Below, in pieces: positions 1-9,000 of a stretch of DNA of 64,000 nucleotides. How positions within the stretch are numbered: position 1 is the first letter of the stretch; each line of letters opens with the position of its first letter. The translations under genes were made by a program, and so were the position numbers. Below the pieces are notes generated by a model, which worked only from the letters and a program-made list of their open reading frames with translations, was not told where the DNA came from and made no database searches. The stretch is from contig JBJOEZ010000016.1 in assembly GCA_046048995.1 (NCBI GenBank), positions 7,243 through 71,242 of the forward strand, in the 5' to 3' direction. The DNA comes from Verrucomicrobiota bacterium (GTDB lineage Bacteria > Verrucomicrobiota > Verrucomicrobiia > Limisphaerales > JADJPG01).

Positions 1-3000
1 GCAGCCGGCACGCTGACCAACCGTCTGGAGATCCAAGCCAGCGAATATGACCCACTGCCCGGCAACAACGCCGCCGTGGTCATCCTCACTGTTCTTGATC
101 CCCCCCGCATCCTGGGCCAACCGCTTGGCGTCACCGTGCCACAGGGCACCGCCGCCCAGTGGCAGGTCACAGCCTCAGGCGCCCCTCCACTGCACTATCA
201 GTGGTTCTGGCAGGGCATGGAACTGGCCGGTGCCACCAACGCCGAGTTGGTGATCCCACAGGCCCAGTTTGCCGACCAGGGTGAATACAAGGTCCGGGTC
301 AGCAACCAGGTCGGTGCCATCCTCAGCGAGGCAGCCCGCCTGACCGTGCTGGCCCCGCCATCCATCCTTGTCCCACCGCGCAGCCAGACCAATCTCGCCG
401 GCAGCACCACGACCTTCACCGTGCTGGCGGAGGGCAGCAACCCGCTGCTCTATCAATGGCGATTCAATGAGACGACGCTCCTCGTTGACGCCACCAATGC
501 CACCCTGGTCCTGCCCGCGACACAACCCGCCCAGGCCGGCACCTACTCCGTCGAGGTCCGGAACAGCATCGGAACGGTCACCAGCACCGCCGCCGGACTG
601 GTCGTCGTCCCGATGGACTTCGGGGACGCCCCGGATCCGCCCTACCCCGCGTCGCTGGCGCGGGACGGCGCGCGGCACCGCCTGCAGCCCGGCTACCATC
701 TCGGAGCCACCGCCACCTTTGAACCCGACCGCAGTGACCCGGCGGAGGATGATGACGGCGTTCAATTGCTGGACCCGGTCCGTGTGGCAGGCGTGGCGCG
801 CTTGCAGGTGGTTGCCTCGGCGGCGGGATATCTGGACGCCTGGCTGGACCATGACGGCAACGGGACATGGGATGGGATGGACGAGCGGGTGTTCTCCAGC
901 CTGCCCCTCGCGGCCGGAACCAACCAGGCCCAATTCATGGTCCCCGCGCAGGCCAGGCCCGGGGCCAGCCAGCTTCTTTGCCGCTTCAGCGCATCAGGCG
1001 GCCTCTCGCCCCTGGGGGAGGCTCCGGACGGGGAAGTCGAGAATCATCCGGTGGAGATCCTCCCGGTCATCGACCTGGCGGTCTTGACGGACCCTCGGCC
1101 GGCTCCAGTGGGCGTGGGCAGCAATGCGTGGATTGCCTTTGGCATCACCAACCGCGGGCCCTCGGGCGCCGGCGGGGTCACCTTCAGCAACGCGCTGCCA
1201 CCAGGCTGGCTGTGGGTGGGCGCCGAATCCACCCAGGGCAGCTGCACCCACGCCGATGGCACGGTGACCTGCCTGCTCGGGGCGCTGCCCCCCGGCGGAC
1301 TCGCGGAGCTCCGGTTCCAGGTGATGCCCACCGCCCCCGGCGCATGGACCCCGTTGGCCGGGGTGTGGAGCACCGAGTACGAATCCAACCCGGCTGACAA
1401 CGAGGCCGTCCTGTTCCTCGAGGCCATGCTGCCCCCGGTCATTCTTGGCGGCCCCGCCAACCGCACAGCGGTGGAGGGGGACTTGGTCACGTTCCAGGTC
1501 GAGGTCTCCGGCACGCGGTTGCGCCACCAGTGGATTCGCGGCCAGCAGGCCATCCCGGGCGCCACCAACGCCAGTTTCACGATCCCCGCGGCCTCCACCG
1601 CCGATGCCGGTCTCTATGCGGTCCGCGTGACCAACGAACTGGGCGCGGCCCTGTCCCCGGCTGCGGAATTGGTCGTGCTGGTGCCGGTCCGGATCGTGGT
1701 GCCCCCGCGCGACGCGACGGTGCTGGCCGGGTCCGCGGCGCAGTTCTCCGTGGAGGCGACCGGCACGGATCCGCTGCACTACCAGTGGCAGCACGATGGC
1801 CTCGATCTGCCGGGGGCGACCAATGCGACCCTGGTGATCCCGGATGTCCAGGCGGCCCAGACCGGCCTGTATCGCGCGCGGGTGGGCAACCTGCTCGGCG
1901 AGGTGATCAGCGCCCCGGCCCGGCTCAGCCTGCTCGTCCCGCCTTTCCTGGACGGACCGCCCGTGATCACGAACGTGTTCGCCGGCGGACCCGCCACGCT
2001 GGCCGCGGCGGTGGGCGGCACCCCGCCCTTTCACCTGCAATGGTGGCGTGAGGGGATGGGCCCGCTGCCGGGTGCCACCAACGACCTGCTCACGATCCAT
2101 CCCGTGGGCACCCCGGACGCCGGCATCTATGGCTTGGTCGCGACCAACCTGGGCGGCTCGGTATCCGGTGTGGTTGCCACGTTGACCGTGGTGGAGGCGG
2201 ATTTTGGGGATGCGCCGGAGGAGTGGGGCTACCCGACCCGGCGCGCCTTCCAGGGAGCATGGCACCGCCTCGTGCCGGGCCTCCGGCTGGGTGGACTGGC
2301 GGATTACGAACCGGACGGGCAGCCCAGCGCGCAGGCCAATGGCGATGGTGGGGACGAGGATGGCGTGCGTTTCCCCGGTGTCCTGCGTCCCGGGCAGATG
2401 GCGGAGGTCGAGGTGTCCGCCACGGCGGCGGGTTTCATCGATGCCTGGATTGATTTCGGCGCGGACGGCAGCTGGATGCAGACCGGGGATGCCATCCTGG
2501 CCTCAGTCCCCGTGCTGGCCGGGGTGAACCGGTTCCCCTTCGCGGTGCCGGCGTGGGCGGCGGTGACGAACACCTTCGGCCGGTTTCGCTTCAGCCAGGC
2601 GGGTGGCCTCGCCAGCGATGGGCCGGCCAACGACGGCGAAGTGGAGGATCACGTGGTGACGGTGCGGCCGTCCATTGACCTCGCCATCACTGTGACCGAC
2701 ACGCCGGACCCCTCGCCCGCCGGCAGCGCCGTGCTCTATTCCATCCAGGTCACCAACCATGGACCCTCCGGGGCCAGCGGCGTATGGCTGACCAACCAAT
2801 GGTCCGGTGTGCCCCGCATCCTGGCCGTCAGCACCGACCGCGGCGCCTGCTCGACCTCCGCCGGGCAGGTTCTCTGCGCCCTCGGTGCCGTGCCCGCCGG
2901 GCAGGTGGCCACCGTCAGCGTCTCGGTCGTCTTTGATCGCCCGGGCCTCTTCACCCTCTCGGCCAGCACCGGGGCGGCGGAGGCAGACGTGTCCCTGGAA

Positions 3001-6000
3001 AACAACCGCCGCGTGGACAGCACCGTCGTCATGACGCCACCGTTCGTCCACACCAACCACCAGCCCATCGGCATCGAGGATGCCACCGCGGAGAGCCCCG
3101 GGAAGGGGATGCCCTATCCCTCCCTCATCACCGTGTCCGGCCTGACCGGCACCGTGGCCCGCGTGCAGGTCGTGCTCCGCGGTCTTACCCACGCCTACCC
3201 CGGCGATCTGGACCTCCTGCTGGTGGGACCCGGCGGGCAATCCTGCCTGCTCATGTCCGACGTTGGGGGCGCGATCCCCTTGAATGATGTCACCCTCACG
3301 CTGGAGGACGCGGCGGAATTGCCCATGCCGTCCTCGGGGCAGATCGTCAGCCGACCCTATCGTCCCACCAACCTCGGTTCCGGCGCCGATGCCTTCCCGG
3401 CGCCAGCCCCCCCGGCGCCCTGGGGACAAACCCTCGGGGTCTTCTCCGGCAAGGATCCGAACGGCGCCTGGGCGCTGTATGCCATGGACGACTCCCCCAT
3501 CGACAGCGGGAACCTGGCCGGGGGCTGGGACCTGCTGCTGAGCCTTGGCAGCCCGATGGCCGACCTGGGCGTGGCGTGGGTGCCGGCGGCGGGACCGTTT
3601 CGGATCGACCAATCAATCCTGCGCCTTGCCATGGTGACCAATCGCGGCCCGGCCTCGGCCAGCGGCGTCGTGTGGACGCATCGCGTTCCCGCCGGCCTGC
3701 GCTTTGTCTCGGCCACCCTTCCCGGGGGTGACTGCACGCACGAGGATGGCCTGGTGCAATGCCGGTTGCCGGCGTTGGCACCCATGGATGGCCGGCTCCT
3801 GTCCCTGACCTTGCAGGCGCTGGTCACCGGGGATTTCACCAACACAGCCGAGGCAGCCAGCGACGATGCGGATCTGCGGACCGGTGACAACACGGCCACC
3901 CAAATCATCCAGGTGCTGGAGGCCGCGGACCTGGCCCTCACCGCGGCTGCGTCCACGAACCGTCTGGTCCTCGGCAGCGTGCTGACCGTGCAGGCCAGCG
4001 TGGCCAACCTCGGCCCGGGTCCGGCCGCCGCCGTGCGCCTCTCCGCACCCCTGCCCCCCGGAGTCCTGCTGCTATCCTCGACGGCCTCGCAAGGCTCCTG
4101 CCAGGTGTCGGGCACCCAGGTGGAGTGCGACCTCGGACCGCTGGCCCCGGGGGCCTCGGCCTCGGTCGTGTGGCAGTGGCAGCCTACCCAGCCCGCGTTC
4201 CTCAGCAGCACGCTCACCGCCACCAGCCAGGCCATCGACCCGGTTCCGGCCAACAACCAGGCCACCCTCGAGGCCGAGGCCAACGTGATCGCAGACCTCG
4301 CCGTGTCCCTCGAGGCACCCCCGGGCCCCATCGGCGCCACCAGCAACCAGGTGCATTTCCTCACCGTATCGAACCAGGGCCCCTCCCTCGCCCGCGCCGC
4401 CAGCGCCAGTGTCCAATGGTCTGGCACGGTGGCGTTCGCCGCTGTCTCCCCATCCCGCGGCACCTGCGCCGTCACCAATGGCACCCTGTCCTGCAACCTC
4501 GGCGATCTTCCCGCCGGGGCTTCCGCCGGGATTCGCGTGGAACTGGCGGCCAGCAGCGCGGGCGTGCTCACCGCCCAGGCCGCCGCACGCTCCATGTCCT
4601 TTGACTTCGTGGCCGGGGACAACATCGCCCAGTCCGGCGTCGCGGTGCTGGCTCCCCCGGTCATCGTGGGCCAACCGGCCAGCCAACGCCTGTTTGCCGG
4701 TGCGCCGGTCGCCTTGACGGTCGCCGCCACGGGGCACGCCCCGCTGCGTTACCAATGGCTGCGTGAAGGATTGCCCCTGCCCGGGGAAACCAACGCCACG
4801 CTGCTTCTCAGCGGATTCACCCCCGGCCAGGCGGGCGCTTATGCGGTCCGGGTGACCAATCAAGTGGGGACCACCCTGAGCGCCACCGCCACCCTCAGCC
4901 TTGCCCAGGAACCCACCCTGACCGGCGTGGCCGACACGCTGACCCCGGAGGACGAACCCGTGACCCTGGCCATCGCGGTGGCGGATCCCGACGGCCCGGC
5001 GTCCGCCCTGGTTCTTGCCGCCGAGGTGGCCGACACCAACCTCGTGCCGGCCGCGGGCTTGGTGTTCTCCGGCACCGGAAGCGAGCGCCTGCTCACGCTG
5101 CAGCCCGGGACGAACCAGCATGGGCAAACACCGATCACGGTCACGGTCACGGACGAGGAGGGCGGCCGGGCGACCCGGACCTTCCTGTTCACGGTGCAAC
5201 CGGTCAACGACCCGCCCACGGTCGATCCTCTGGCCGACCTCGATGTGCCCGTGAACGCGGGCTTGCAGTTGGTGGCCTTGACCGGACTGTCCGCCGGGGC
5301 CCCCAACGAGCCCGGCGTGATCACATTGTCCGCCTCCTCCAGCAGCACCGGCCTGGTGGCCCAGCCGACCGTGCAGTATGCGCCGGGCGCGACGGAGGGC
5401 TGGCTTTCCTTTGTGCCCAGCCCGGGCGCGACCGGCCAGGTGGTGCTCACGGTGACGGCCAATGACGGCGAGGCGACGAACAACCTGTTCAGCCGCAGCT
5501 TCACGGTGCGGCTGCGGCCGCTGAACTTCTCCCCGCTCATCCAACCCCTGGCGCAGGTCTTCACCGCGGAGGACACCCCCGTGCTCGTGCCGGTTTCGAT
5601 CGTCGACTTGGAGACGCCCCCGGAGGAACTCACCCTGACCTGCTCGTGCGCGAACCCGGAACTCTTCCCCGCCGCCAGCCTGAGGCTCGAGGGGACCGGC
5701 CAGGTGCGGTTCCTGCGTGTGCAACCGGCCACCAACGCCTCGGGTAGCGCCAGCATTGCGCTCATTGTCACCGACGGCGGGGGCCTGTCTTACCGGCGGG
5801 ATTTCCGGCTCACGGTGTTTCCCGTCAATGACCCGCCTTACATATCGGGGCTCACCGAGGTGCTGCTGGACGAGGACGCCGGTTCCAGCGCGCGCCCGTT
5901 CCTCGCCCTGGACCCGGAGAGCGGCCCCAGCAACGTGCTGGTCAGCGTCCGTTCATCCAACCCGGACCTGCTCCCGGAATCCGGCATTGGCCTGTCCGGG

Positions 6001-9000
6001 ACGGGAGCGGAGCGCACCCTGACCCTGACGCCGGCGCCGGACCGGTTTGGAAACTGCGAGGTCACGCTGTGGACCACGGATGCCTTGGGCGCCACCGCGT
6101 CCCACACCGTGCCGGTGCGCATCCGGCCGGTCAACGACCCCCCAACTCTTGACCCGCTGCCGTCCCTCGAGGTGCTGGAGAGTTCGGGGCCGAGGACGGT
6201 GCCGCTCCAAGGCATCACCTCCGGATCGATCAACGAGGTGCAGTCGCTCTCTCTCCGGGCCTCCTCTTCCCGGCCGGATCTCGTGCCCCACCCGGAAATC
6301 GTTTCCCCGGTGATCAATGGAGCCGCTTCCCTGTCGCTGCAACCCGTCCCCGGGGCCCACGGCTCGGCCGAGATCACCGTGACCGCGGACGACGGGGGGG
6401 GCGGTGTTCAGACCCGCGCCCGCACGTTCACAGTGACCGTCCGTCCGGTGGATGATCCGCCCACCTTGGGCTTCCTGCCCGACCGCTCCACCTTCCAGGG
6501 CGTCCCTCTGGCCTGCGCCTTCGCTGTCGGCGACGACCTCTCCCCGGCCTCGGCCCTGCTGGTGGCGGCATCCAGTTCCGACCCCGCGCTCATCCCGGCC
6601 TCCGGCCTGATCCTGGGCGGCACCGGGTCCACGCGGACGCTCAACGTGCTGCCGTCGACCAACCGGACCGGGACGGCCGTGGTCACCGTCAGCGTGCGGG
6701 ACACGAACGGGTTGAGCGCCAGCCGGACATTCCGCATCACCGTGGAACCGGAGGATGGGGCACCCCGGATCAGCCCCGTCCCGGACCAGGCCTTGGCGGA
6801 GGATTCCACGGGGTTGGTCATCCCATTCACGGTGGTGGACGGTGAGACCCCGGCCGGGGAACTCACGGTGGCGGTTCATAGTTCCAACCCGGACATCCTT
6901 CCGCCCGACCATCTGACGTTTGGTGGCGCGGGATCCAACCGGACCCTCCGGGTGGTGCCCGTCCCCGACACCACTGGCGCCACCCTCCTCACCGTGACGG
7001 TGCGCGACGGGCGCCAGCAGCCGGCGCGGACCAGCTTCCTCGTGACCATCCTGCCCGCCAACGACCCTCCACAGGTGCGCGTCCCGGCGGAGGTGGTGAT
7101 GCAGGCCGACAGCGTGCTCGGCCTGCCGGTCGCCATTGACGATCCCGATACCCTGCCCACGGAACTCTCCATCAGCGCCACGAGCTCGAACACCAACCTC
7201 GTGGATGCCGCCGGCCTCCAATTCACCGGCACCGGAAGAACCCGTGTCCTCACACTCACCCCGCGCCCTGGACGCGCCGGGGTCGCCGGGATCTCGGTCC
7301 TGGTCGAGGACGGGCGCGGGGGTGTCGCCACGGCCAGTTTCACCCTGAGGGTGGATGCCGGCAGCCCAGCCGCCCCATGGCTTGTCCTCGAACCCCTCGA
7401 CCAGGACGCCGTCCCGGGCGACGAGGTGCAACTAATCGCGCAAGCCACCGGTCCCGGCCCGGTCTTCTACCAGTGGCTTTTCGAGGGACAACCACTGCCT
7501 GGTGCCACCAACCCGGTCCTTCGGTTGCCCCAGGTGGAACCCGGTCAGGCCGGCTTTTACCAGGTCGTGGTCACCAACGTGGCCGGAGCCTTCTCCAGCC
7601 GCCGGGCGCTGTTGAGGGTCGTCCCCCCCGGCCCTGCTCCCATGCTCACCGGACTGGCGCCGCAGGCTTCCGTGAATGAGGACACCCCCCTGGGCCTGCG
7701 CTTTGCCATCGCCGACCGCGACACCCCGCTGCTCCAACTCGTCGTCAACGCCACCTCCAGCAACCCCGCGGTGGTCCCGGCAGGCGGCCTGGTGGTCGAT
7801 GGCAGCGGCTTCCAGCGGACCCTGCACATCCACCCCGCCACCAACGCGGTCGGCACCACCCTGCTGACCGTGACAGCCACGGACGGCCTCTATTCCGTCA
7901 CCAACACGGTCCTGCTGACCGTCCACCCCGTGAACGATCCTCCCAGCCTCGATCCAATTGCCGACGTGCTGGTCGATGGATCCGGCAATCCGCCCGCCCA
8001 GACGATCACGCTGAGCGGGATCGGCCCAGGGCCCGGCAATGAAACCGGCACCGTCCAGGTGGTGGTGTCGTCCGCCAACCCCGCGTTGGTGAACTCCACC
8101 AGCGGCACCTACGCCGGCGCCGGTTCCGCCGGCACCATTACCTTCGACGCGGTCAACCGCGCTGCCGGGACCGCCTTGATCATGGTGACCGTCAACGATG
8201 GCGCCGCCTCCAACAACATCAGTTCCCGTTCGTTCACCGCCTATTATCACCTCGGCCAGATTCCTCCCACCATCGGACCCATTCCCAGTCCCACCATCAG
8301 CGAGGACAGCGCGGCCGGGCCGCTGGGTTTCACCGTCGGCGACGCCACCACCCCCGCGGCCAGCCTGACCCTGCAGGCGTTCAGTTCCAACCCGGCCCTC
8401 ATCCCGCCCCAGCGCATCACTTTTGGCGGAAGCGGATCCAACCGGACGGTCACCCTGCTGCCCGAGCCCGACCAATCCGGGACGGCCAGCGTGCGGGTGG
8501 CCGTGATCGACGGCGGATTCGCCTTTGCCGCCACCACCTTCAACTTCGTGGTCACCCCGGTCAATGACCGGCCCACCCTGCTGGCCCCCGGAACCCAAAG
8601 GCTGCCTTGGAACGGCATCAGCGGCCTGATCCCGGTCCAGGTCGCGGACAAGGAGGCAACCGCTGACCGCCTGACTCTCACCGCCTTCTGCTCCAACACG
8701 AATCTCATCCCGGCAGCCGGCCTGCTTGTCGGCGGACAGGGCACCAACCGCGCGCTCACGCTCGCCCCGGCCAGCAACCAACTCGGCACGGCCACCATCA
8801 CCCTGCGCGTGGAGGATCCGCAGGGCGGCGTGACTTCCAACAGCTTCCTGGTCGAGGTCTCCGCCACCAATCTGCCTCCCACCCTCAACGCCCCCTCCTA
8901 CGTGCAGTTGGAGGAGGACACGCCCTCGACGCTCGTGACCATCCTGCTCGCCGACGACTCCACGATCCCCGAGGGGCTTGCCCTCTCGGTCGTATCCTCC

